The notes: a model not told the origin generated them from the letters alone. A DNA stretch of 62,334 bases, filler included, from Sluysia triapertura (GCA_046118255.1; 5 parts of 5 records of this genome joined end to end with filler, not necessarily neighbours in it), one strand, 5' to 3'. Positions 40,401 to 53,652 are shown, numbered from the whole stretch's first letter. Numbers and translations: made by a program.

Positions 40401-40451
40401 TTCTGGAACCGCATGATATTGTAAAGGATTAGGCCATAAATCATCTTTGAT
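40401..40451 (-). pseudogene. Short fragment of a SET/TAF-I (NAP family) histone chaperone
   Basis: Reads IKDDLWPNPLQYHAVPE, against the SET signature IKDDIWPNPLQYYLVP. I did not recognise any upstream NAP sequence. Confidence 0.7.
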
Positions 40452-40974
40452 ATCTCGTCTAACGTAACATCTATCATCAAATTCATTGACATCGAGGCTA
40501 ACTAAATGTTATAGCAAAAGCACGTCGTGTTGAGTAGTTACAGTCGTTACAACGAGCATTGGTACATAAGCTTAGAGTAGATTTTATTATGTTAGTACAT
40601 TGATTAAGTAATAGTTGTCTCTTTAAGACATATTTCTTCTCAACTTCCAGCATACTAAAATCGACTTGATAAATTGGCGTAAACAAGTATAGATTTAGTC
40701 ACGATAGTATTAGAAAAATGATCGTTCATTGTTAATGTTAAAATTGATTTAAAAACTAATTTGATATCATCATAAGATTTTTCGACATCGAAGCTAAATA
40801 AAAATTGTAATAGATACTCATGTTTATGATAGATTAAATAGTCGTATACAGTTACGATGAGCACTAATCCAGCAACTTGAGATAGATTTTATTTTATCTT
40901 TGTCATCAATGAACTTTTCATATTTTGTAATAGCTAATTGATCTTGTGACAAAAACAAAACTATCGTTTGGTTT

Positions 40975-41790
40975 GTTTTCGAATTTGTCAGAAAATTTCA
41001 CACGCATTCCAAGAATTGATTCTAAGCTCCGAAAATGATTGGAAGCTGTTAAATTACAATTAAGAAAACAATAATTTAAGAATTCCTTATGTGCATCGGA
41101 TACTGCATCGACATTAGAAGCTTGATATATTTTGTTTTATAAGTATATCCAAGCTGGTTCAATAACTTCGGTAGTAATATTATATAATTGATTTTGAGCA
41201 AAAGTTCTCATTTGTCCACTGATGACTTTGTTTTGTTGATGTGTTGTGTCGTCTTACTGCATTTATTTGTACGCCAAATCTCAGATAATAATCGTTCAAC
41301 AAAATGGTAATAGACTAAGTGCCAAAAACATAATTTGAAAATGCTGCATAACTACAGAATCAGACACAATTCAAAGTTGACTGACACTGTGAATGCTTGA
41401 AAAACTTGCAAATCGCCATTAAAAATCGAAATCAGTTCCGAAAAATATGTGACGCATCTGGATCAAATGTTATAATTGACTCGATTAGATATATCAAATT
41501 GTCTTTGCTTAATTCAACATTTAAATGGTCTTTTAAGTTTTTCATTGAAATTGCTACCAGCTTGAATAACAAAGTTTAGCAATGATTCTAATCGGCTAAT
41601 TGTATGATTTAGTTAATTAAATGAAACAAACAATCAGCTTGATTTAATAAAAAATAGTGTTTCATAAATCTGAAAAGTTTCAACGATTTTTTTCTTTAAA
41701 CAATATATCCATAAATAATTGACTGGCACGTTTATAAGCTTTATAAGTTTGAATTTCATAATGTCGTTCTTCGGATTCGAATTTGGTTTG
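40975..41790 (-). pseudogene. TUBGCP2: Decayed, apparently intronless fragment of gamma-tubulin complex component 2 (GRIP2 region)
   Basis: Colinear GCP2 motifs across stops and frameshifts: EERHYEIQTYKAYKRASQLFMDILFKEK, MKHYFLLNQAD, RLESLL, KDHLNVEL, HLVYYHFVERLLSEIWRTNK, and QMRTFAQNQLYNITTEVIEPAWIYL*NKIYQASNVDAVSDAHKEFLNYCFLNCNLT. Confidence 0.85.
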
Positions 41791-41969
41791 TCCTACATTA
41801 GCAAAATAGGTATCTACTATTAGGATTGCGATAGTATAAACTTAGCAGAAGTATTTTATATAATCATGATCGAGGTAGATAAGGTAAAGGTAACAACAAA
41901 CTGTTTGGATATTGAGTGTGTGAATGAGATAAGACTGTTTAAGATGTGAAGTTTTATACGTTGAGAATT

Positions 41970-42180
41970 TATCACTTCTTTGTATAAGTGGTGGTAGCGA
42001 GAAGAGAGAAGTAAAAATGTAAGTTGGAGGGAAAATAGCTAGAAAGTTGAGAGAAGTGGGGTTGAGTAAGAAAAAAATCATAAAAGGAAATTATGGACAT
42101 TGAAGAGGTTTTAGAGAAATTTCATTTTTTAATATATTTGAATGTTTTAATTGAAAAGATCTTGAGTTATTAAGATTTAA
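41970..42180. repeat. Interspersed repeat family C, copy 2
   Basis: acttctttgtataagtggtggtagcg...ttttagagaaatttcatt...tgaaaagat matches 12250-12455. Confidence 0.7.
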
Positions 42181-45100
42181 TATTTTAAGTTATTTAATTG
42201 TTATGTAGTACTCAAGGACTTGATTGCTGAAGATACAGTCACTCTCGTTAAAGGTGTGTCCGATAACGTTGTCGAAAGAGATGTTCATCATGGTGACTCG
42301 TCGTTTAAAAGTAAAAAATATTCACACTATTTTAAAATACGCTCTTAAATTTAGTGATATCATTCTTATTTTATTTCTTAAAGTTTATAAAGAAAATCAT
42401 CTCATTTCAAAATATATTTCATGTTAAAAAGTTTATGAAGATAATTATGTTAATTTAAAATATGCTTCATGTCATAAAGTTTATAAAGGCATACATTTTG
42501 CTCTTTAAAGCATTTCGTAAAGCTTACTTTGGCCGACATAGAGATATTGATTTTAAATATGTTTTGTTTTATAACTTGTGTCAAAATATGATTCGTTTTA
42601 TAAAATTCATGAAGACGTGACACAAGTTTACTTGCAAGATAAAGACAACATGTCGAGTAGACTATATCGAGATGAGAACAAGATTGACATCTCCGGCCAT
42701 AAAAAAGCTGTTCGCACGCTTATGGACGGTATTGGGCAAAGCAGCCATCCCATGTCAGCTGGAACGGTAACCCGTCGAGAATGTAAGTCTTACGTACTTA
42801 AATTCGTTTCTTTTATGAGTGTTTCAAGAATGGCAATAAAACTACTGTTATTGACGCTAAATAAACAAACTTTGTGTTATTTTTGTTTTAAAAGCTTTTG
42901 TCATAATAAAGTTTTCGTGTGCCTTAAGCACAAATTTCTTAATCGTATTTACGTAGACGCGAATAATAATTTCTATAATCAGTTAAATAATATAATTAAA
43001 ACTAGTAATAGTAAAAATAATGTTAATGATAATTTTCCTAATATTAAGCACAAAATTTCTATTTCCAATACGATTTCATCCACAATAGTTCTCTATTCAT
43101 TTATATACACCTTGTTATTCATTTTTAGCGGATTTTCAATGTTTTTATTGGCGTTCATGTTTTATGTGTAGATATTTTGGGTATTAATTAAGTATAACTG
43201 ATTTTTACCTTCCTTAATGTTTCTTAATTTCTTGTTTTTGTTTCCATATTTGAAGGTGTTTAAGAAGATATTTTCTTGAATTTTTAAACAGTTTCTGGTT
43301 ATTTTGAATTGTGAAGTGTTTGTGAATTTTTGATGTTATAAAAGAGCAATAAATTTTTTTTATTTTCTTTATACTTTATATTAAACAATTTTTGAATTAT
43401 AATTTTTATAAGTTCTTTTTAGTTACATTTTCATAAAATCCTATACAATTTTTTGAATTCTAACAAGCATTTTTTTAAGTTAAGATATTTTAACAAATAC
43501 AATTTTATATTTTACTACTAAATTTTTCAAATGTTACTACAGTTAATAAAAAAATTAATTCAGAAATGTTTTATGCGCTACTCCAAAATTATTGCAACTT
43601 AGCAAATAATTATAGAACGAACACATTTGGAGTCACTAAGCATAATTATATTTGTGTTATCGAAAAATTAAATTCCAATATTTAAAAACTAAGATTTATT
43701 TATGGAAATCGATAAATCTTATATTCAATATTACAATATTTTAATGAAAGTTAACTTATTATATTGAAATAAAATAAGTTAATGAAGATTTAAATTAGTT
43801 TTATTTGTTTAGATTTGTCTAGATTTACAAAACTTTTAAAAATATATAATTTTTAATTCTCAATGAGTTAATAAAGCTTTTAAAACTTGCTTTTGGATTT
43901 AAGTTTGTTAATAATTACTGAGTTGTCTATTTTAAAAATTATTCGTAAACTTACTGAATTACTCTATCAAATAATTTTTAGTTTTCATTTTAAATTATCG
44001 CTAACTGTGAAGTCGTGAATTTAATTCGTCTCTGGTTTTAGGATGGAAGTGCGAATAAAATTTTTTCAAAGAAAATTTTCAGTGTGCTATACTCAAGTAA
44101 AACACAAAATCAGATTATTAAATATATCCTAAAATGGTGACAAGCAAAAAATAATTGAGAAAATGAGTTTTTTGGCTACAAGTAATTGATTAATAATTAA
44201 AATTAATTTTTTCGTTATTTTAAGATATTGCACACAAATCAAATCCAAATATGTAATAACAGCAATGGATTTAAAAATTAAATTCTTGAATTAATTTGAA
44301 TGATTATTCAATTTCGTGTCCATCTCCTGAACAAAACTGTGATTAAAATGATAATTAAAACTGAATTAACTAGATGTATAAAGCGATGGTTAATTAAACT
44401 GTTTATCTTGTGGATCCAAATCATATCTAAATAAGTAATGACAATAGCATCCTTTGATGAATAAAAATTTCTTTATTAAGCTTTTTAATTCAATATTTTA
44501 TTATTTGTAGAGTTTTAAGCAAAAAGTATAGATTATTTTAAACTCATACAATTTTCATTAAGTAAAGTTAAAGTTAAATTAGTTTTAAGAATAAAAAAAA
44601 TTATACACGTTTATGAAATGTTGAAATATCATAAAATTAATAAACTTCCTAATGGAGTCATGAATTTCCATATTTATTTTATTTGTGTTAAATATAACAA
44701 AAGAAAGTTAATAAATTTTAAAATACTTTTTTTATTGAATCACAGAACGTTACCCTTTATATAACTTGTGTACAAATGGAAAAATAACAATTAAACAGAA
44801 GTTACATTTATTTGAATTGGTATTTGGTTACTTAGATATAACAGTATGACTGAAATAATTAAAATCAATCAAAATTATACAGAATCTTAAAATAAGCTTA
44901 ATTTTTTAAGAAAGTAACATTAATAACAACTGGAGTTGATAAGTAGTCAATACTAATTAAATATCGACAAATAAAGCATCCGCTATAAATGTCCACCCAT
45001 ATTTAACGAATACATTAGTAATAAGATTTTTCACGACTTAGTATCTCTTGTTACGAATAGTATGAATAAGGTTACCCCTGCATCCTTATTTTAAATCTAC

Positions 45101-46039
45101 ACAATATTGATGTTTCAATTAAATCGGTGATTTATATGCAAACAAGACACTGATTCAGGATTTTCTTTTGTTGAAAAAATACCGCGAAAGTTGTTCCCTA
45201 CTTTTGGAAAATTGTTAAAATACTTTTTAAATTTAATCGAGAGTCACGTAACTTATCTTTTGTTATTCTCAACGTTTAATTTATCAAATAACTGTGTTTC
45301 TTATAAATATTTTTTCAATTCTTTCAGAAACGTTTAAAAATTTACTTTACTTTAATTTTAATGAATGAAAACATAATACAACACTAAGGTTTATTATCGA
45401 AAATTACTAAGAAAATGAAACAACTTAACGGTCTCTGACCTACATGGTTCAAATCAAAGATAAACAAAATATGATAATAATGGTAATATTATGTTAAAAA
45501 TAAAGTTATACTTAATTTAGAAATTTTAATTTAAAATAAAAACTGAGCTAGATGTAATATTTGGATTTTCAAATATAATATTTTCAAATCAAATATTTGG
45601 ATTTTGATCCTAAAATATCATAGGATGAACCTTATAAAAACAAATTTTACGATTGTTGCATAGACATAAAAATTGTGGATATGAAGTTGAATCAGGAACG
45701 TATTTGTTAACTTTGAGCTGCAAATTTATCACCAAGTTCTATTTCTGCACTCAGTTGAGATAAGTGTTAGAATTTTCCAAAAATCATTTGTATTTACGAT
45801 GTTTTATGTGAAAAGAAAATGATCATTTTAATGACTAATAAGTATAGTAACAGTTATAATGTTTAATTCGCTAGATTGGTTGGCGTGTGATAGTTTTATT
45901 GTACGATGTGGTAATTTGCTTGTGACTGCTACTAAATTTGGTAGCCTATATATGAATTTGATTTGCAACATTTTACGTTGTTGTAAATTAATATTTTCGT
46001 TTTGCTTTGGTTATAATATAATAATAATAATAATTGATT

Positions 46040-46625
46040 CATTAAACGATTCTTCCAAGATACTGTAATCTACTCCAGAACTTAGCATCTTCAATTATTT
46101 CTGGTTTATACTTACACAGATAATGAACTGTAGACAATAGTACTTCAAGTTCTTTGAGTAATATATCATTTTCACTTGATTTATTGATACTTTCATCGAT
46201 AACTTCGCAGGAAGTAATGGTAGTGTGCTTATAAAAATAGCATACAAAGACTTTAAACGATTATCGATTTTTCATCTGAAAAATATAGTTTTGACTCCTG
46301 TGAATTAGTTTTTATGGTTTCCCCTCTATTTGCAACGTCCATCAGTACTTAAATTTATTATTTTTAATTTTGATTCATGATTGTCAAATGTGTATTTGGA
46401 TATGTAATCATATGCATCAGTTATTTTTATTTTCGATAAAGTTTTTGTACATTTAGTACTTTGCGAACTACCTTCACCTGCAGTTTCCCAATCTTTGTTA
46501 TCATTTTCAGCTGTTTTGTCTTTTATCACTTTTTCTAACCTTCCGATTACTAGATTTAATTTGACTAGTTCCTTGTTCAGATTTTGGTTGTCATGATTTA
46601 TCGTCCTGAGAACACCGATAATCAT
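46040..46625 (-). pseudogene. Decayed coding-like stretch of unknown identity, next to a weak family C copy
   Basis: A 99-aa ORF with a coiled-coil-like start, followed by further protein-like reading (SSENDILLKELEVLLSTVHYLCKYKPE) beyond stops. Confidence 0.3.
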
Positions 46626-48099
46626 TAATACGATTATTTCTTTTCATGTTATACTTGGATTTAGAAATATTGAGAACGAGAAAAGAAAGAAAAAAGTGAT
46701 ATATAAGTTAGAAAGGATAATAGAAGGTTTAGAAAATGTAGGAATATTTTATAGAAATTTTATTGATATGAATTCAATTTGATTTTAAGTTTTTAAATAT
46801 TTTGATGTTTATATGCTAGTTTTATATGTGATTGTATATTTTAAATATTTTTGAGATTTTAGTGAAATTTTAAATGAGAGGTTTGAACCTCTATAGGCTA
46901 AATAAACTATTCAATTGAATAGAAAGTAAAGTAAACCTTAACAAGTATCCTAAAATAGATTCACCTAAAAGAGTGGATCTTAAATTGATAATTGAATGAG
47001 ACTATTCCTAAGCAGATTCAGTTAAATCACCAAATGTAGGCAACAAAAATGACGTAAAGTTGAGAAATTCTTTAGTATCCATGAAATCTTTTAAGACTGG
47101 CACTAAATTAATATTTTTCATATTGAATCGATAAGAACCAAGCCAACTAAAATTACTCATTGATTTATATAAACATGTCATGTATAAACAAATAAAACAG
47201 ATAAGAAATATTGAATAGCTACTAAACAAATACAATAAAATATTCTCGCAACTAATTTTTGATAATCAAATATTAATATTTTTCAAGCTTTGTTTCTTTA
47301 GAAATAGAATTTGAGAGTAGCTTTTTCATTACTTATGTCATCAAGAGATAAGTGTTTGAAATTCTTCATAAACTGTAAATAGAGTCTTAAAGCCTTTTAC
47401 ATAATATGTGTAAGTTTGTTAGTTTGTTTATACTGGCATTTTATTTCAAAGATATGGAATTTGTTTGGATTGGCTTCAAGCTCATTTTTAGATCGGTTAA
47501 ATGCAATTGTTTAAACAGTTGCCATTAACATAATTTACGTTATACATAAAAATAATAATAAAATGGGGAAAAATAAATTCAAAAATAATGCGATGACGAA
47601 GCGACATGTAGTAATAATGATAATAAAATAAAGTATATAAAACTGATTTCTACCAATGTTAGTAAGATGATAATTTAAAGTGATCGAGCTTTTACGATTT
47701 CGTTGATTTAAGAGTTAGTATTTGATAGTAAAGATATGAAGATTGATGAGTATTTTATGTGGGTTCGAAATGAGGTTTCAAATGACATAATATAATCGTG
47801 ATAGATGGCTGGATCACCACAAATAATAATAATTATTATTATTATTTTTATATTATTAATATGAATATTATTGTGAAAGAATTATAATTTTTATTTTTGA
47901 TATTATTATTATTACCACTCTATTAATTTATTGTCGTCATTATAATGATTATTATTATTTCATTAATAATCTGTATCTTAATAATCGTGAATAACCTTGA
48001 CATTATTTTCAGGGGTCATTTTAGCGAAATCCAAACACGTCTTTCTCGAAGTATTGGAGAATTTTGATGTTTGATTTATATGAGTTTATGTTTTTATGT

Positions 48100-48435
48100 T
48101 GTGACAATTTATCTTAAGTTGACTTGAGGATTTGATGGCATTTGAATATGTTGAGATGAGTAATAAGAAGTTGTAATGTGTCTGCGTTGGATCAATATTT
48201 TTAATTTAAGATGACTAACAGTTTTGATAAATTTATGATTGCATTTAAACAGTTGGTTTGTTGAAGACCAAATAATTGGGAGTATAGATAATACAAGGAT
48301 AAGAATCAAGGTTAATCATGAATGTTGTTAAGGCCGATATTAAGATTCCACAAACGTCATAAGGAAGATTCACGAAGTCAGTATAGTTAACTTTGACACT
48401 GAGTTTTATGATTTTGTACCTAATCTCTAACATTA
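48100..48435 (-). mobile_element. Possible CR1/Jockey-like LINE RT C-terminal remnant
   Basis: LVLSILPIIWSS...HLKLKILIQRR resembles the consensus LVRS.LEY...IWSP...L.L..L..RR. Confidence 0.35.
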
Positions 48436-49226
48436 CATTGAGTGAAACATCACTTATCTTATTAAATTATTTCGACAAAACTTATGGTTAATGTAATTAC
48501 AAAACCAAAAGTGAGTCAATTCATAAGTTAATATATATGTTGTCCTTATTGAATTTCACAAAAAATATTATTTTTATGATTTATAAGATCAAATTTATTA
48601 CACAAATGAAGTCCTTTTGTCACTTTTGTTAAAAAATTAATTTTATGAAGCATTAAAAGATGCAAAAATATATTCTTCATCACCTAGCAAACTACCTAAT
48701 CAAAAAAGTAAGAATTTAAAAGTTCATATATGTATTTATATATAAAACATGAATAGAATTGAGAAGACACACGGACATATTTAACATTGAAACTGATTTT
48801 ATCTTTGTCAAACCGAGTATTTATTTTTATTAAATATCATTATTTAACATTGTGGCATTGTGATCTTTTACTTGCTTCGAATTTGTAAATTAAATCACTT
48901 TCAACTTTAATATTATTGCGGAAGTTTTTCTTGCAAAATAAATTTAATTTTAATCTTAATTTTACGTCTTATGTGGGTGTATCTACAGAAATTTATAATC
49001 TCCTTATGTAAGGGTCTATTAATTCTTAATTGACGAAACTCCTTATTTAATATTAATATGCAAAAGATAAAATACAAATTTTTATTAACACAAAGTTGTA
49101 GTTTACTAAAATATTCTAATATATGTATCAAAGTTACAATATATTAAAATATTCCAATATAAAAATGTAAGTATGATGTATAAAGTTTACAATGCTAATA
49201 ATGTTAAGGATGTTTGTAATACTAGA

Positions 49227-49255
49227 AATAATAATAATAATAATAATTATTATTA

Positions 49256-49309
<54 letters not shown>
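49227..49309. repeat. (AAT)n abutting (TAT)n microsatellite (fold-back)
   Basis: Seen directly. It accounts for the poly-I, poly-N and poly-Y ORFs in the ORF track. Confidence 0.95.
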
Positions 49310-49310
<1 letters not shown>

Positions 49311-49339
49311 TCCTTCCTCAGCACCCATTCTTCGTCCTT

Positions 49340-49439
49340 NNNNNNNNNNNNNNNNNNNNNNNNNNNNNNNNNNNNNNNNNNNNTTAATTAATTAANNNNN
49401 NNNNNNNNNNNNNNNNNNNNNNNNNNNNNNNNNNNNNNN
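49340..49439. other. Artificial contig spacer
   Basis: 44N-TTAATTAATTAA-44N. Confidence 0.98.
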
Positions 49440-49634
49440 ATGCCTCGTCTTAGTTCTTTAATAACGTTCAACTTATTCTGTTATCCTAAGTTTTGACCCT
49501 TATATCAACTCTTATCCTTCACTAATCCCAACAGAATACTAATACTTATTTCGATGTTTACACTTCTGAGAAATTAAATAACACTTGAAGATTATAATTA
49601 TAATTGACTTGGATCTAATGAAATTCGTACCTAC

Positions 49635-49792
49635 TGTTGGGGTAAAAGGCCTAAAAGTGAAAAGTAGTATAATTGAATACATTGAACAATGAAATTGTTA
49701 GACGGGGCTGATAGCTCAGTGGTAGAGCATTCACACTGAGCATAGAAGGTCCGGGTTCGATCCCCGGTCAGTCCATTTTACGAAGTCTAACA
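49635..49792 (+). mobile_element. tRNA-containing solo-LTR-like element, copy 1 (158 bp, TSD CTAC)
   Basis: CTAC|TGTTGGGG...GTCTAACA|CTAC, with a tRNA-like sequence at 49705-49775 followed by TTTT. Confidence 0.9.
49705..49775 (+). pseudogene. tRNA-Ala-like sequence inside the element (A and B boxes intact, anticodon arm degenerate)
   Basis: Acceptor stem GGGCTGA/TCAGTCC with a G3:U70 pair and discriminator A; D arm GCTC-AGTGGTA-GAGC; T arm CCGGG-TTCGATC-CCCGG. No clean anticodon stem. Confidence 0.75.
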
Positions 49793-50602
49793 CTACTATT
49801 TTAATCAATGATTGTGTTAATTTTTATATACTATTTTCTTTCGAAAATATTTTCATTAATAGCTCAATCAATTTAATGGATTAGTGTTTTATTTAGTTTC
49901 ATAATTGATTCAATTAATGGAATAATTTTATATTTCATATTTTTAATTTATTGTTGATTTTAATATGTAATAAATAAATAATTTTGTAATTTTTAAATAA
50001 ATGTAATAGATTACACTGAAATATTGGTAATAAATAAAATAAATTATGATAGTCTTTATTTCTTTATTAGTCTCTCACATGTTGTTGTAAAAATAATTTA
50101 TAATTTGTTATTATTATGATATTTGAAGTATATTGAGATGACGCGTTAAGTTAATTATTGAACTAGTTTTAATAATTTTAAATAAAGACACGATTTGATT
50201 TTTTGATTAATAAATTTATTAGGATTTCAAACTAAATTAACTTTGTTATTTAGTTATTGTCATGAATCTAAATTGTCCTTTTATAATAGTCACATAATAC
50301 TGTTACGAAAACTAACTTATAATTTCATGCTTCTTAGTTGTTAGAAAAAAGGTACTGAAGTTTTTATGAATATTAACGTAATATAAGTAATTAAATACAA
50401 TTAAAATGTTTTATATTTCTTAATTCTGTTTTTTGTAAATGTCTTTACTTATTTTGTTTTAATATTATTACATTAAATGCCGTTATATTTATTAAAAATA
50501 AATCTTTAATGTATAATTCATGCTTGAGTTTCATTTATTTAGTTTTTAATACAGTTAAGATTTAAAAAAATCTTACTAAAGAATCTTATTTTTATAATCT
50601 AT

Positions 50603-51221
50603 ATGGCCTCGAAAAAAAAACTAAAACGAAAGCTTCAAGATGATGAAGATATATCAGAATTAGATTTAAGCAAAGTTGAAGAGATTTCATTTGAGGATTT
50701 TTTAAAAGGTTCATGTCATTGTAATAAATTATTTCATTGTAATTATATAATGTATTAGTGATAAATGAATCTAGAGAAGTGGAAGAAAATTTAGAATCGA
50801 ACATTGAAATAGCAGAAAAGAAAAAAGAATCTTCCCAACTAAAAGCAAAGGATAATCAAAATGTTGAGGGTATAGAATCAAATAAAGGTAGTCGATTAGT
50901 TTTTAGAAATTTGAAGCAAATTGTTGCTTATGAAAATCAAGTAATAATTTATACATATTATCATTAATGTAGCTCAGATGGCCAGATAATGCTATTTTAT
51001 ATGGAGATTTAGATGTTATAGGAAGTGAGGTTGGTAGAATAGAAGTGTCTGATTTATCTGGAATACCAACTTCATATCGTGAGCCACAAAGTCGATTGCG
51101 TTTTTCTGATTTTGCAGAATATTGTAGAATAAAATGCTTACCACCTGAAATTAAAAATGGGTATCTCACATTACGTGGTTGTCAAGAAAGCCCAATAAAG
51201 TCTGGTTCTAGGCGTGGATAA
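50603..51221 (+). CDS. INO80C: INO80 complex subunit C (IES6, YL1-C domain)
   Basis: Exons 50603-50720 (alternative donor after 50708), 50759-50940 and 50973-51221. The spliced protein FRNLKQIVAYENQLRWP...SDLSGIPTSYREPQSRLRFS...LPPEIKNGYLTLRG matches INO80C WKNLKQILASE..LPW...SDVSGL.ANYTDPQSKLRFS...LP..V.GYLALR. Confidence 0.9.
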
Positions 51222-51297
51222 ATTTTGTATATAAAAACTCAAAATTTTTTTATTTATATCTAAAATATATAAATCATCTAATTTCACTAATTTAGTT

Positions 51298-53652
51298 TTA
51301 ATATTTCGTTATGATTATTGGTACTTTGCAGTCTTTTGGGCCTTTGCACGCATCTAAATTGTATTTTACTTGAGCATTATACATGGATGTATATCGCATA
51401 TTTGAATGATAGTAAAATACAATAAACAAAACCAATAAATAAAGAATAATGAAGAACAATAATGTCCACAAAAACCATTGTAAAACACAAGACCAGGACC
51501 ATTTGTTACATTTACAATTAATAGCACCATCACGTTCACTTTTGAATTCATTCTAAATTTAAATAGATAGTGGAAGATTATATGAATAATTTTCTAATTT
51601 ATGATCCTTTTTATATTTATGCAATAAGTTAAAAATTGTTCACCAAATCGATTTCGTATAAACAAAATGAATTTCAATACTAAACAGCTTATACGGCAAT
51701 AAGTTAAAAGAAAATTTAAGAGTTGTTTTGAAAGACCTTTTCTGATGGCTCACTCCTTAAATTAATATTTTAACATTTAAAACAAAATATCCAAGACGTT
51801 AATACATCATAATCCTACTGCTATTCACGTCTAATTTTTTTATCTTTTCATTAAATCAAACACTAGCTTATATAAACCCTATAACATTTTAGATACATTC
51901 AATTCAAATCATTCATAACATGCAAATGTCAGTTTATATCGTAACAAGAGTATACTGTCAAGTTTATACTTTACACTTTCAATAACTTTATGTTCAATTT
52001 CTGCATTACTTTTAATTGCATCATTATGTTAGACTTCATAAAATGGATTGACCGGGGATCGAACCCGGGACCTTTCGATGCTTTACCACTGAGCTATCAG
52101 CCCGTCTAACAATTTTTAGATTACTATATTCAGTTATGCCAAATGGCGTCTTAAGCACATATCCCAACAATTATTTGTTTATCACTTATTACATAATTTT
52201 GTTAAGAAATGAATATTAGCGTTTAGGTAGATGTCTTACCTTACACTTGTCAAACAAAACGAAGATCTTTAACACTTATTCGGTTACTCGTTCTAATTAC
52301 TCTAAAAAGTTCAACACCAATCATTTCTTAACGCTAAATTCAATTGAGAAAGAACTTTGCTGTTACTAAATATCTCAGGAATTCACAAACTGCTAAAATG
52401 CACTAGTTCTATTAACATTTTAATAACAATCAATCTCTTAACAATAACTGAAATATATTTAAAATTAAACTAGCTGAAACTAGAAAATCAATTCAAACGA
52501 GTTAATAAAAGCTCAACCAGAATTGACGTAGAAAATTATGTAGTATTAGTAAAGTTTATAAGATTATCACCTTTCGCGTGTTCAATTTTACTCGACTTCA
52601 AGAATTACAGTCTTCGTAAAGTTATAAGATTGCTACGCTTAAGTATTCGACCTCATTTGACTATTTTATATTTAAATCATGCGGTTGAACCCTTAACTGT
52701 GTAAGGAGAGCTCTTAAATTATTAAAAACAGTTGTGATTGTAGACTTTCATCTATTCGAAGATGTTGATTTAGGACTACTTTAAACACCCGAACCTTCGC
52801 AAGCTTTCGATCGAATGAAAGAGAATAATAATAACATATTCAAGACCTTAATCTTCATATAAACCTTTAGTTTGGGAAGTTTTCATCTATTTCACCGCAA
52901 TTGAAGATATAGATTGAGATCGTATGAGGATTAGGATCCGTAGATTGTGAAAAGGAATTCCTAGATTATATTAAATGACAGAAGCAGCAGCGACAGTAAC
53001 AACATTCCATAGTCAGTTAGAACATTCCATATATCATATCTCAATGGAAAATTTATTATGAATTTCAAAAGTTTTCTGTCGTTATGAAGAGTCAAAGTTG
53101 ACCTAAAATCATTGAGGAAATCACATTCATACTTTACGATTCTAATATTAAAGTAACAAAGGTGAATATTATTTTAAATGGTAATTAATCAATTCTTAAT
53201 TTACCTAATACAGAATTTAGAAAGGACTTAAAATGTTCTAAAATATGGACCATTCAACGAATTACATCGAAAATATTATAATAAGATCAATCTTGAAAAT
53301 GATTGAAGAAATTCAAAGAAATTGTTTCGAAATTGAAATTTTAAAAAATACTTGGTGATAATAAAATTGAGGATTTTGTATTTGATACGGTTGCTTTTTT
53401 ATAATCGGCATTAACGCATTTGCTTGTGGATTATTTAAATGACTTTTAATATGAGCATCTTGCATAGCAGTATTAATATGAGTTATCGCTGGTGATTGAT
53501 TAATAACATTTTGTTTGCTAGATAATATGATAACTTCCGAAGAATTTGGTGATCGTTTTTGACACTGACCATCTCCGGAACACGAAAATTTGTCACATAA
53601 AATACAATTTCCTGTGACAGGATCTCTATAATGTTTGCGAAGTCCAGATTTT
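51298..53652 (-). CDS. Partial gene for a C-terminally membrane-anchored protein (two putative exons), convergent with INO80C
   Basis: Exon 53652-53352 (100 open codons, including YRDPVTGNCILCDKFSC) is phase-compatible with terminal exon 51552-51298 (SCVLQWFLWTLLFFIILYLLVLFIVFYY plus a ~36-aa tail and TAA). Start codon not found. Confidence 0.5.
52027..52169 (-). mobile_element. tRNA-containing solo-LTR-like element, copy 2 (143 bp, TSD ATTA)
   Basis: ATTA|TGTTAGAC...CCCAACA|ATTA. The anticodon region is deleted while the A and B boxes are retained. Confidence 0.9.

Noticed and set aside
40975-41790. Ciliate-type code (TAA/TAG read as Gln) as the explanation for in-frame stops
   Set aside because: The region also has TGA stops and frameshifts, and intact genes in the same bin (INO80C) use CAA for Gln and end in TAA at the expected position.
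45049-45253. TGTTACG...CGTAACT as a solo LTR
   Set aside because: The 3' end is imperfect, there is no TSD and I found no clear second copy.
49134-49395. Poly-Ile, poly-Asn and poly-Tyr ORFs
   Set aside because: They are translations of the microsatellite and the N gap.
49705-49775. Functional tRNA gene or ordinary tRNA-derived SINE
   Set aside because: The anticodon arm is unpaired, differs between copies and is deleted in one. The tRNA is internal to a TG...CA unit with fixed 4-bp TSDs and no tail.
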